A DNA stretch of 61,203 nucleotides, counting the filler, from a candidate division TA06 bacterium SM23_40 (GTDB lineage Bacteria > LJUI01 > SM1-40), in assembly GCA_001303705.1 (NCBI GenBank). It is 6 parts of 6 records of this genome, joined end to end, with 100 filler letters (N's around TTAATTAATTAA, not from the genome) between each part and the next. Parts side by side here need not be neighbours in the genome. Positions count along the whole stretch, not along the records: positions 7,945 to 31,207 come from LJUI01000024.1; 5 more parts are not named here. One strand, written 5' to 3'. The translations under genes were made by a program, and so were the position numbers. Below the pieces are notes generated by a model. That model was not told the DNA's origin, did no database searches, and saw only the letters and a program-made list of their open reading frames with translations. This document shows positions 19,517 to 28,793 of the stretch, piece after piece; position 1 is the first letter of the stretch; the number at the start of each line of letters is the position of its first letter.

Positions 19517-19894
19517 TCACCTGGATTTCGTCACAAAAAGCCCGGTGAGATAGGTGACCAGGAAGATCGAGGCGAACGGAATCCATGTTCCCACAACACT
19601 GGAGAACATCTCGAGACTTCTCAGAATCAGGAGAGCGACGACGAACAGATCCATGAAGACTACCAAGGCGATGAATATGATCGCAGTCTGCAGCGGAGCC
19701 GTGTAGCCAAACCTATTGAAGTAGATGAGGGCCACTAACAGGGAGGCAAGAGGAGCAACGATTGCATGGACCAGGAGCGTCCTCTCCACGGACGCAACCG
19801 CCATCCCGATCCACATCGTCGATCCGCATGCAACCCAGATGGCGAACGCATGCGCAAGGATAGTGATGACCCTCCAGGCGCTCCCGCTCTTCAT
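19517..19894 (-). CDS. Small membrane protein
   Basis: Four hydrophobic segments. Start overlaps the stop of the upstream gene (ATGA). Confidence 0.8.
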   Translation of the reverse strand: MKSGSAWRVITILAHAFAIWVACGSTMWIGMAVASVERTLLVHAIVAPLASLLVALIYFNRFGYTAPLQTAIIFIALVVFMDLFVVALLILRSLEMFSSVVGTWIPFASIFLVTYLTGLFVTKSR

Positions 19895-20367
19895 GGCGTC
19901 CCCTTCTCGAGGTCGCTCTCTTCATCCTTACAGCTATAGAGCGTCGCTCCACATGCCCCGCATTCCTTCTCATACCACGCGGATCCGACGCCGCACTCCG
20001 GACAGCTCCATCTCGACTTCTGTTCGGCCAGCCAGTCATCGAGGCCACGCTCACGGATGGCCTCCAGGTTCTTCAACACTATAGAGTGGTGCGCACACTC
20101 ATCATCCTTGAACGCTACCAGGCGTTTGCAGGGGAATTCGCTGCAGTCAAAGCAGAACTCGACATCCTCATCCTCCGCACACTTCTTGATATCGCAGCTT
20201 GTGCAGAATGATGAGAGCGTCTCCGTCTTACAGCCGTGGCACCGCAGATCCTCGGGCTTCATCTTCCACTCTCCCGCGACCTCCTCAACCCTGCCGTCTC
20301 TGTTGGCACGAAGGACGGGGCATGCGCCGCAGTACAGACCGCAGTACGAATCGTATCTCAACTCCAT
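19891..20367 (-). CDS. DUF3795-type Cys-rich protein with C-terminal zinc ribbon
   Basis: YCGLYCGACP, CHGC, C..C.IKKCA, FCFDCSEFPC, WSCPECG..CGACG. Confidence 0.85.
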   Translation of the reverse strand: MELRYDSYCGLYCGACPVLRANRDGRVEEVAGEWKMKPEDLRCHGCKTETLSSFCTSCDIKKCAEDEDVEFCFDCSEFPCKRLVAFKDDECAHHSIVLKNLEAIRERGLDDWLAEQKSRWSCPECGVGSAWYEKECGACGATLYSCKDEESDLEKGTP

Positions 20368-20731
20368 TGTTCCATCCCTCTGTTGTGTGGCCCTCGCTGA
20401 AGCCAGCGGGCCGCTTCTCCCCTCATCACTCCTCGCACCGAGACTGACAGCCCAGGCATCTCGCGGACGGACCATCATCTCACTCGCACGGAGACCGGCG
20501 AGGCCGCCGGATACGGTGATCGCCGCTGCGAACCCGGAGCGAGCCGGTGGATACAACGATATGTCTTGTCTCACGCTGCGTCAATAGTCTTCCCCCTCTT
20601 GTCTACAGTACTACCCGGCCGGCCGCCGGATGGTAGTTCGGCGGGCCCGGGCGGAGAAGGTGCACACGCTCTGAACCAGGCCGCAGACCGGGAATGGCCG
20701 GAGAGAACCACAAGGGAAGGAGATGAAATGC

Positions 20732-20760
20732 TTGACGGTCTGCGGTGCAGGTGCTAGATT
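20732..20760 (+). promoter_or_regulatory. Sigma70-type promoter
   Basis: TTGACG-17 nt-TAGATT upstream of the RND adaptor gene. Confidence 0.5.
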
Positions 20761-20855
20761 CAGCTGCCGGTGCAACAGTGATATAACTGATTGAATCCAT
20801 GTCTCACTCACGCGATCCTACTCGCGTACGCATCATCTCAGGGGAGGCGACGATC

Positions 20856-21947
20856 ATGAGCAGATCCTATCAACTCCTCGCATGTGCCGCACTCCTTTTC
20901 ATGGTCGTTGGATGCAGAGGAGGCGGGGAACCTGAACCCCAGCCCACTCCCGTCCCGGGTATGGGGACTACGCCGGTCGTTGTGGAAGAGATCTTCCCCA
21001 GCCCCCTGCAGCAGACCATCCAGACGGCCGGAACGATCGAGCCGATGGCCCAATCCACACTCTATGCGGGAATCGAGGGACAGGTGATCGGCATCACCCA
21101 GGGTGCCAACAGTGCCGTCAGGAGAGGGGACCTCCTCGTCGAGATAGACTCGCCTGCTTTGCGTCTGGAAATCGAACGCGCCGAGAGCGACATCCAGAAT
21201 ATGGAGTCGGAGGTGAAGGAGGCCGAACGAGTGCACGACGAGAAGAAAGCACTTCACGCACGGTATGCTATTCCCTGGTCGGAGCTCAGGCAGGCCGAGA
21301 TAGCGCTGGAGGCGTCAACAGCGACTCTCGACTCAGCACGCGCTGCCCTCGATACACTCCTCGTAGCATTCGATGAGACAAAGATCTCCAGCCCGATTGC
21401 GGGCACGATAACCCGCATGCAGGTCGAGGTCGGCGATTCGGTCTCCCGGGGTCAGTCTCTGTGTACTGTCTCGGACATGTCACGCATCAGAATGAAACTC
21501 GACGTGCCCGGACGGGATGCCGCCTCGCTCGACAAAGACCAGGAAGTTACGATCAGAACCGACGCCCGCCCCGGCGCGGAGTTCAGCGCACACGTCGCGA
21601 ACATCGCCTCGGCCCCGGATCCGCAACCCGGCAACGTGCTGGTCACAGTCGTTGTCGATAATCCTCGGGGGAGACTCTCTACGGGACGAACAGGACCCGT
21701 CCGCATTTTGGGACGCAAGGTCCGCGATGCACTGGCCGTGCCGAGCGATGCCGTTGTCGAGCGCAACGGAAGAGAGGTAGTCTACATTGCGGACGGGGAT
21801 ACTGCCGTAGAACGTCCGGTCAGGCTGGGCATCAGCGATGGGAAACGCATCGAAGTACTGGAAGGTGTTGCCGAGTGGGACTACGTGGTCATATCCGGCC
21901 AGGAAGATCTGGAGCCCGGCACAGCCCTCAGTCTTCCCGAACCCTAG
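20856..21947 (+). CDS. Efflux RND transporter periplasmic adaptor (membrane fusion protein), lipoprotein
   Basis: Lipobox-like LLFMVVGC, GTIEP, V.RGDLLVEID, coiled hairpin, ISSPIAGTI..V.VGDSV, LAVPSDAV. Confidence 0.9.
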   Translation: MSRSYQLLACAALLFMVVGCRGGGEPEPQPTPVPGMGTTPVVVEEIFPSPLQQTIQTAGTIEPMAQSTLYAGIEGQVIGITQGANSAVRRGDLLVEIDSPALRLEIERAESDIQNMESEVKEAERVHDEKKALHARYAIPWSELRQAEIALEASTATLDSARAALDTLLVAFDETKISSPIAGTITRMQVEVGDSVSRGQSLCTVSDMSRIRMKLDVPGRDAASLDKDQEVTIRTDARPGAEFSAHVANIASAPDPQPGNVLVTVVVDNPRGRLSTGRTGPVRILGRKVRDALAVPSDAVVERNGREVVYIADGDTAVERPVRLGISDGKRIEVLEGVAEWDYVVISGQEDLEPGTALSLPEP

Positions 21948-22017
21948 TCCAGGAATCCCGGACAGTGGAACTCAATTCGCGGACCCTGCCTCCTCTCGCG
22001 TCGATTGCCGCGCGCAA

Positions 22018-22152
22018 TCACATCGCGGCGAATTCGAGGTCGCTCCGCCGCCCCTCAGTAACGAGGAAGTCCCGGTACGTGTCACACCGCCCGGCCAGCT
22101 CATCGTCCGTCCCTCCATCGACAAGCCGACCGTCATGGAAGATGAATACCGT
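22018..22152 (-). pseudogene. Remnant 3' end of the ABC exporter gene (homologous to ~27024-27158)
   Basis: Encodes TVFIFHDGRLVDGGTDDELAGRCDTYRDFLVTEGRRSDLEFAAM* versus TIFVFDDGRLVDTGTHDELAGRCDTYRDFLVTEERRSDLEFAAT* in the intact gene. Confidence 0.9.
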
Positions 22153-22524
22153 CAGCGATAACCCCAGAAGATGTTCTCTACCTAGTCAACTCACTCCGAC
22201 CCAGTTCAATGGCCAATCTGGCCCCTACCGAATGGTTTGGATACTTCGTGACTCTCGACTGGCATTGCTGGAACCCGCCAAGCCACCTCGGTCTCGCTAC
22301 GCCCCCAAAAGCAGCGGGCCACTGGTCACCTGCGTGCTCACGCGATTGACTGGCGAGTTCGAAAAGAACGCCGGGTCCCAGAGAATTCTGACTTGACGCT
22401 TGTGCGATTGAATGGTACTATCCGGGCCCCAGACAGCTCAGGAAGCTCAGGATTCGCGTTCGATGCTAGTAGCCTGACGGTTGAGAAGGACGGGTTAACA
22501 GTACTACAGGAGGTAGCGGCCTCC

Positions 22525-24264
22525 ATGCGATGGACTCGAAAATCGAGACCGATGTGGCTGGACCCCATTTTGCTGGCCGCAATCCTATTCACCGGCCTAG
22601 TAATTCGCCTGGAAAAGGCCGCTTCCAGTTTCCTGGGGCAAGATGAATGCTACTCCATTGCTCTCTCTTCTCTTCCCTTCGGCAAGATGACAGAAGCTTT
22701 CCTCAAGGACGTGAATCCCCCTCTCTTCTACGTAGCCTTACACGTCTGGTATCGACTTTTCCCTCACTTAGATGTGGCTCTCCGGCTCCTCCCCATTCTT
22801 GCTGGGCTAACTACGCTCTGGGTCTTCTACCTCCTGGCGAGCCGAATCGGAGATCGGCACGTAGGCCTTCTCGCCACCCTGATGCTCGCTCTCTCCCCTT
22901 GGTACATCGACATGTCCATCTTACTTAGGTGGTATAGTCTTCTCGCCCTCTTCAGTCTGACATCGCTGCTTCTCCTTTTGAAAGCGGCGCGGTCCAGGAA
23001 TAGATCACTCTGGTTTGGCTTCATCCTTAGCTCGATACTCGTCGGATATGCCCACTACTCCGCGATTCCTGTCCTAGTCACTCTGGGCTTCATCTGGGTC
23101 GGACTGGTGGTGACCGAATCGAACAGAGAAGAGAGAGTCGAGTTCTTCAGAAGGGGCATGATAGCATTTCTCATAATCGTCGTATGTCTTATCCCCTCTC
23201 TTCTTCTCGCAAGGTTACAGTACCAGAATTACCTGGCGTTCTCCCACAGAGCCCTCTTTCTCTCGCTAGACCAGGCCTCCGTCCATAGAGATTGGTCAGT
23301 GTTCGTCAAACAATTCTCGATCACCGGATCGATCCGTTCCCTGACCCGGTTCTCTCTCTTCGGCGATTATCCGACTGGCCGGATGGCCAGTCGGGTCTGG
23401 TTCGGGTTGGCGGCCCTCCTGCTGATCATTGGAACCGTCGATATGTGGAAGAGGAATCGGAGAGCGTCGGTGGCCATCCTCGCGTGGATAGTGATACCAG
23501 TCGCGGCTTTCCTGATCATCTCCCTCTCCCCCGCGATCCATGGTAGTGCAAAGACCCCGAACAGATGGGTTGGACCGGTCGTCCCCGTCATTCTCCTTCT
23601 CATGGCCTGGGGTGCAGCAACTCCAGGCATCTGGCCTAAGGAGAGATCGAACATCAGCTGGGGCAAAATCATCTCTGCCCTTCTTGTAGTGTCAATGCTT
23701 ACCGGGCAGGCGGTCCTCGCCCGGCGCGCTCTCCATGAGGAAAGCGAAGAGTCTGCCAGACTCATCTCCGGGGTCATCTCATCGGCTTCGAAGCCCAATT
23801 CGGCCATCGTCGTAATCACAGCGAGTTGGTACTATGGCCTCCGCTGGTATGCCAGATCGGAGCCTTTCCCGGAAGGTTATCACTTGCTGAGCAGAAACGA
23901 ATTCATTTCGGTCTCTCTGCCTATTCTCGGTGATCCCGCCAGTGAGTCGAAGATCTTGCGCGAGATATCTCAGCAGCTTCAGCACGATCGAGCCGGGGCG
24001 CTGGACCGATGGGCGACTATGCTCATCGAGGCGAGCGAACGCCTGAGCCGACAGTACGCCGAAGTTTGGTGGATGTATAAGGCGGAGGCGAGACGAGCAC
24101 CTTATCTAGGGAGAACCGATCCTCGGGGATATCTCAAGAAGTGGCTAGACGAAGTCTCTAGCGGGTACACGGTCTTCACAGCCCCAGACGGACTGAACTT
24201 CCTCTTTAAAATTCGTGGGCAGAACGCAGAATCGTCCATGAAAGAGGGTGAGACCTCTGCTTGA
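22525..24264 (+). CDS. GT-C fold glycosyltransferase (family 39/PMT-ArnT-like)
   Basis: LGQDECYS...DVNPPLFY motif, LRL, ALSPW..RWYS, many TM helices. RBS AGGAGG. Confidence 0.85.
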   Translation: MRWTRKSRPMWLDPILLAAILFTGLVIRLEKAASSFLGQDECYSIALSSLPFGKMTEAFLKDVNPPLFYVALHVWYRLFPHLDVALRLLPILAGLTTLWVFYLLASRIGDRHVGLLATLMLALSPWYIDMSILLRWYSLLALFSLTSLLLLLKAARSRNRSLWFGFILSSILVGYAHYSAIPVLVTLGFIWVGLVVTESNREERVEFFRRGMIAFLIIVVCLIPSLLLARLQYQNYLAFSHRALFLSLDQASVHRDWSVFVKQFSITGSIRSLTRFSLFGDYPTGRMASRVWFGLAALLLIIGTVDMWKRNRRASVAILAWIVIPVAAFLIISLSPAIHGSAKTPNRWVGPVVPVILLLMAWGAATPGIWPKERSNISWGKIISALLVVSMLTGQAVLARRALHEESEESARLISGVISSASKPNSAIVVITASWYYGLRWYARSEPFPEGYHLLSRNEFISVSLPILGDPASESKILREISQQLQHDRAGALDRWATMLIEASERLSRQYAEVWWMYKAEARRAPYLGRTDPRGYLKKWLDEVSSGYTVFTAPDGLNFLFKIRGQNAESSMKEGETSA

Positions 24265-24365
24265 TCCGATCCCCTTCAGTTCTCGTCTGCTCTCAACAGT
24301 CACCCAACATACTCCTCTCATCTCAGGAGACTGAACCCACCACATACCGCACCATGTGCAAGGGG

Positions 24366-24682
24366 ATGAGCACGGATAGATGCTATCGATTGGTCTTCTG
24401 TGCCGCACTCGTTCCTATGGTGACAGGCTACAGAGCACGCAGAGAGCCCCAGCCTCAACCGACTCCCTCGACGACGGCCACACCGGTCGTTGCTCAGGTA
24501 ATCGACTCTGCCGACCCTCTGGTCGATATCGAAGAGGCTCGCCCTCAGATAACGCTCGAGATAGGCTTCGGCGATGAGGATGTGTCCAAGTCATCGAGGA
24601 CATTGCGGAGCGAGACTACGCCATCATGTGCCTGCGACAGAACCTCGAACACAGCTGCGCAGTGACGACCCGTGAGCCCCAG
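24366..24682 (+). pseudogene. Internally deleted, frameshifted remnant of the RND adaptor gene
   Basis: N-part CYRLVFCAALVPMVTGYRARREPQPQPTPSTTATPVVAQVI matches SYQLLACAALLFMVVGCRGGGEPEPQPTPVPGMGTTPVVVEEI. C-part VQVIEDIAERDYAIMCLRQNLEHSCAVTTREP matches IEVLEGVAEWDYVVISGQEDLEPGTALSLPEP. Confidence 0.8.
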
Positions 24683-24755
24683 GTGCAGCCGCGATCAGTC
24701 ATCACTCACTCGTCGCAGCTCTCCTCCCCCCGGGCGCTTCTCACGGCCTATTCCC

Positions 24756-24784
24756 TTGACATCCTGGCAGGCACAAGGTACAAT
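24756..24784 (+). promoter_or_regulatory. Sigma70-type promoter
   Basis: TTGACA-17 nt-TACAAT. Confidence 0.75.
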
Positions 24785-24971
24785 GCTTTTGACAAGAATG
24801 GCCCGCCGCAAGCTCGCCTCCGAACCGCCGCAGAGCAGTGCGCGCGAGCCCTGGCCACTAACTGCTCCCGGCCCACTCGGCCAGAATAGAGCCTGTGGCA
24901 CACCGTCGGTCACTCAGAAACGCCAGTGGACGCGGGAGTGCTGTGCCGATCTGACGGACCAGGGTGGCACG

Positions 24972-25112
24972 ATGCGAACAATGTGGACTCGAGTGCTGAT
25001 GGCCTGCACGCTGGCCTGGGCTCTCATTATCCTCACCCACTACATCTTCCAGCATGCATCCTACCTGACTCGCTTTCTCCAATACGCCACGCGCCTGATG
25101 GGAGCAGCGTGA
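24972..25112 (+). CDS. 46-aa single-TM protein coupled to the next gene (or a split-off N-terminus of it)
   Basis: MRTMWTRVLMACTLAWALIILTHYIFQH...; its TGA overlaps the ATG at 25112. Confidence 0.5.
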   Translation: MRTMWTRVLMACTLAWALIILTHYIFQHASYLTRFLQYATRLMGAA

Positions 25113-26983
25113 TGTCTGAGCTCCTCCTCACAATAGCCCTGGTTGGAACCGCCAGCGCGATCGGAAGGCGGTCCCTCCGGTGGCTTAGAGTAGAGTTTGC
25201 ATCCGTGGGCGAAGAACTCATCTTCTCTTCAGCGCTCGGGCTGATAGAGTTTTCCTATCTGGTTATGCTTGCCGGGCTTGTCGGCCTGCTCTATCGATGG
25301 TTTGCATATGGTCTATTGGCGGTCACTGCCATAGCTTTTCATCGAGATCTCTTCCATTTCCTCACGTGCAGCCGTGCTCTTCTTGCTCGCACCAGAAGAC
25401 TCCGACATGGCCAGCTCTTCGACCGCCTTCTCATTCTCATTCTCGTAACGACGGCCCTCGTCTCGCTCGTCGGAGCCCTCGCACCACCGATCGCCTACGA
25501 CGAGCTCTCATACCACCTTCAATTCCCTAAGGAGTATATCGACGCCCATCGCATCTGCCGGTATCCCGCGGTCGTCTGGGGTTATCCCCAGACGACCGAA
25601 ATGCTCTATCTCCTGGGAATGCTCCTCAGCGGCGACATCGTCGCAAAACTCGTTCATTTCACGTTCTACGCACTCACCCTGGCAGCGATCGCGGCCTTTG
25701 CCCGGCGCTACCTGGCGAGTCATCGGCTTGGCTTACTCGCGGCAACGATCTTCTCTTCCATGACCATCGTCGGATGGCTTGCCACAACCGCTTATGTAGA
25801 TTTGGCTTTGACCGCTCTTTCCTTCCTTTCTGTCTACGCACTCGCCAATGCTGTTCTCAACAAAGAGCGGAACTGGAGTCTAGTGGCCGCCCTCATGTGG
25901 GGAGCAGCAATGGGGGTGAAATACACCGGACTGCTCATGCCCGGCATCTTCGTCCTGGGAGTGCTCATCTACGTCTTGCTGAAGATGGAGGGGGGATTCA
26001 AGAGGTCTGCGGCCAGATTCACGATAGCTATCTTGATCGCTTTCCTCCTCATCGCACCCTGGCTGGCAAAGAACATTGCATACGTAGGCAACCCTGTTTA
26101 CCCATTTCTTGGAAAGGTCTTCAAGACTGTTGGACCCAAGGGGCTTGGCCACTTGATGGACGAACCGAGGCTTCCCAGCGCGACCGAGCGCGGTCTGCTG
26201 AAGAATCTGCTCCTCCCCTGGAAGATTACCTTCGAAGAGAAGTTGAGCGCGGGAGCAGACCGGATGGTAGGGGTGGGACCGCTCTTTCTCATGTTCCTGC
26301 CGATGCTGATCTGGCTGAGGCCCAGGCATCGGGCACTATCCTTCCTCCTCGCCTACGCTCTTGTAACATTCATCATCTGGGCACTGCTCATTCCACTCGG
26401 CCCGAGGTTTCTCCTCCCGATCTTTCCTGCACTTGCCGTACTCACCTCGTACGCTGCTACCAGGCTATCCGAGGGCGGAGCGATAGTAAGAGGTGTCGCG
26501 AGGAGCGCGCTACTCCTGGGTATGATCTATCCGAACCTCGGCATCAGCGGCAACCGATTCGTGGAGCAGGCACTGGTTGTCTCCAGACTAAAGTCAAGAG
26601 ACGACTATCTTCTCGGCGCCTTCGATGGGTATGCTGCCCAGAAGTTTACCAACGATAGGGTCATCGACAGCTCCGAAATCGCCACCACCGATGGGAGAAC
26701 CTACTATCTGAACCACCGGCCAGCCCTCACCGGCGGATGGGGCATCTACGAACTGAACCTCCTCACCCAAGGCGGGCACATCATAGATAGGTTGAGGCAA
26801 CGAGGCATCTCCTACCTACTCACGAGCGAGCACAGTCTGCGCGTGGCTAAGGACCGAGTGCCCACGATACTAGACAGCCTCACTCGTGAACTTGCTGGCC
26901 AGGACGTTACGATTCTCTTCTCCGAGAACGGCTGGTGTCTCTATTCGATTAGCGATATCACGCAGGAACGACGAGAGCGGTGA
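25112..26983 (+). CDS. GT-C fold glycosyltransferase (family 39/83-like), polytopic membrane protein
   Basis: PPIAYDELSYHL, YPQTTEMLY, AYVDL, GVKYTG, PWLAKN...GNPVYPF, RFLLP. Confidence 0.85.
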   Translation: MSELLLTIALVGTASAIGRRSLRWLRVEFASVGEELIFSSALGLIEFSYLVMLAGLVGLLYRWFAYGLLAVTAIAFHRDLFHFLTCSRALLARTRRLRHGQLFDRLLILILVTTALVSLVGALAPPIAYDELSYHLQFPKEYIDAHRICRYPAVVWGYPQTTEMLYLLGMLLSGDIVAKLVHFTFYALTLAAIAAFARRYLASHRLGLLAATIFSSMTIVGWLATTAYVDLALTALSFLSVYALANAVLNKERNWSLVAALMWGAAMGVKYTGLLMPGIFVLGVLIYVLLKMEGGFKRSAARFTIAILIAFLLIAPWLAKNIAYVGNPVYPFLGKVFKTVGPKGLGHLMDEPRLPSATERGLLKNLLLPWKITFEEKLSAGADRMVGVGPLFLMFLPMLIWLRPRHRALSFLLAYALVTFIIWALLIPLGPRFLLPIFPALAVLTSYAATRLSEGGAIVRGVARSALLLGMIYPNLGISGNRFVEQALVVSRLKSRDDYLLGAFDGYAAQKFTNDRVIDSSEIATTDGRTYYLNHRPALTGGWGIYELNLLTQGGHIIDRLRQRGISYLLTSEHSLRVAKDRVPTILDSLTRELAGQDVTILFSENGWCLYSISDITQERRER

Positions 26984-27023
26984 GCTTGCTGAGTCTCCCA
27001 CAGTTCTTTTCGGCGCCGCGGCA

Positions 27024-28793
27024 CTAGGTGGCCGCGAATTCGAGGTCGCTCCGCCGCTCCTCAGTAACGAGGAAGTCCCGGTACGTATCACACCTCCCGG
27101 CCAGCTCATCATGAGTCCCCGTGTCAACTAGTCGACCGTCGTCGAAAACGAAGATCGTGTCTGCCCGCGTGATCGTTGAGAGACGATGTGATATGAGAAG
27201 GCACGTAGTGTCAGGGAGGACACTGAACAGCCGATTCCAGAAGCGATCTTCGTTTCGTGCGTCGAGCGAAGCAGTGCAGTCATCGAGAAGCAGCACCTCG
27301 GGATGATGAGCTATCGCTCGCGCGATCGCAATCCGCTGTTTCTGGCCGCCGGAAATGAGCGTGCCCTTCTGCCCCAGCACCGTGTCGATTCCCCCGGGAA
27401 GCTCTTCCAGATCGTCGTCCATCTGACTGATCGAGAGACACTCTCTGAGCCAGTCGTCGGCAACCGAACGTCCGAAAGAAACATTCTCCCCGATCGACTC
27501 CGAAAAGAGGAGCGATTCCTGGGGGACGTATCCGATCCGCTCTCTGTACGTCCGCCAGTCCCAGCTAGCGAGCGGACGACCGTTGACGAGCACCTCCCCC
27601 TTCTGCGGGACGAGGAGGCCCGCGGTCACCTTGAGCAAGGTCGATTTCCCGCTCGCCACCGGCCCCACGAGCGCAATCCGCTTCCCGAAGGGTATGCGAA
27701 GATCGACTTCTGATAGAGCTGGACGCCCGTCATCATATGAGAACGTAACCCTCTGGAAAGCGATCTCCTCGATCTTCTCCAGCTCTGGACCTTCCTCGCG
27801 GTGGATGACTTGCACCGGGTAATCGCGCAGCTCATCTTCTCGATCCATGCAGACGAACGCCACCCGCGATGTGGCGAAGAGATTCGGCACATCCATCATC
27901 GGGAATATCAACATGTCGAGGTAGACATAGAAGGCGTACAGAGCACCGATGGTGAGCTCTCCGCGGAGCACCATGTACCCACCGACCGCCAGGACGATGA
28001 CCTGTCCCATCCGGCTCGCCACGGTATCGAACGAGTGAACGGCAACCATGAGCTTGGCCGTCCTGAGCTGCACACCGATACGATGCTGAAGGAGTTGGTC
28101 GAGCCGCCGCGCCTGCCCCGCCTCGGCACAGAACGCCTTGACGATCCGTATCCCCGAAAACGCCGCCTCGAGCAGACTATTGGTCTCCGAGGTAGACCGT
28201 TGCTGCTCGTCCCAGGCATCCGAGAGCCGCGTCCTCAACAAGTAGAAGAAGTACAGCATGGCCGGAATTGGAGCCGTCGAGAGGAGCGCCAGTCTCCAGT
28301 CGAGGATGAACATCGCCCCGATACAGAAGATGAGCTTCGACCCCGACTCGACGGCCCGGAAGATACCTGAGCAACAGAACCACGCGATCTTCGGATAATC
28401 CGCGATGTCATCGGTGAGCCGCGTGATGATGTCACCGGTGCGGAAATGGTTCAAGAATCGATAGTCCTTCTTGAGAACCTCGCCGAAGATGTCCTCTCTG
28501 ATGGCGACCTCGAGCTTCAAGTTCGTCCAGCCCCTGAATGCCGGGTAGAATCCCGCGATGAATCGACCCACGCCGATCACAGCGAGGATGATCATGATCC
28601 GGCCGAGATTGAAGGAAGCCGGATCATCCGATCCCAGAGCCGCCGTCACCTCGTCGATGATCGTCCGGAAGACGAGAGGGAACGCGATCGCCACGGCGCT
28701 CGACACAAGGGTGAAAATGAACAGGGCGACAAGCACGCGCCGGTGCGGCCTCCAGTATGACCAGATCCAGCCAATTCGCTTCGACAGAACCAT
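27024..28793 (-). CDS. ABC exporter, fused permease + ATPase
   Basis: TM domain, GPVASGKST, ISGGQKQR, LLLDD (degenerate Walker B), SHRL. Confidence 0.93.
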   Translation of the reverse strand: MVLSKRIGWIWSYWRPHRRVLVALFIFTLVSSAVAIAFPLVFRTIIDEVTAALGSDDPASFNLGRIMIILAVIGVGRFIAGFYPAFRGWTNLKLEVAIREDIFGEVLKKDYRFLNHFRTGDIITRLTDDIADYPKIAWFCCSGIFRAVESGSKLIFCIGAMFILDWRLALLSTAPIPAMLYFFYLLRTRLSDAWDEQQRSTSETNSLLEAAFSGIRIVKAFCAEAGQARRLDQLLQHRIGVQLRTAKLMVAVHSFDTVASRMGQVIVLAVGGYMVLRGELTIGALYAFYVYLDMLIFPMMDVPNLFATSRVAFVCMDREDELRDYPVQVIHREEGPELEKIEEIAFQRVTFSYDDGRPALSEVDLRIPFGKRIALVGPVASGKSTLLKVTAGLLVPQKGEVLVNGRPLASWDWRTYRERIGYVPQESLLFSESIGENVSFGRSVADDWLRECLSISQMDDDLEELPGGIDTVLGQKGTLISGGQKQRIAIARAIAHHPEVLLLDDCTASLDARNEDRFWNRLFSVLPDTTCLLISHRLSTITRADTIFVFDDGRLVDTGTHDELAGRCDTYRDFLVTEERRSDLEFAAT

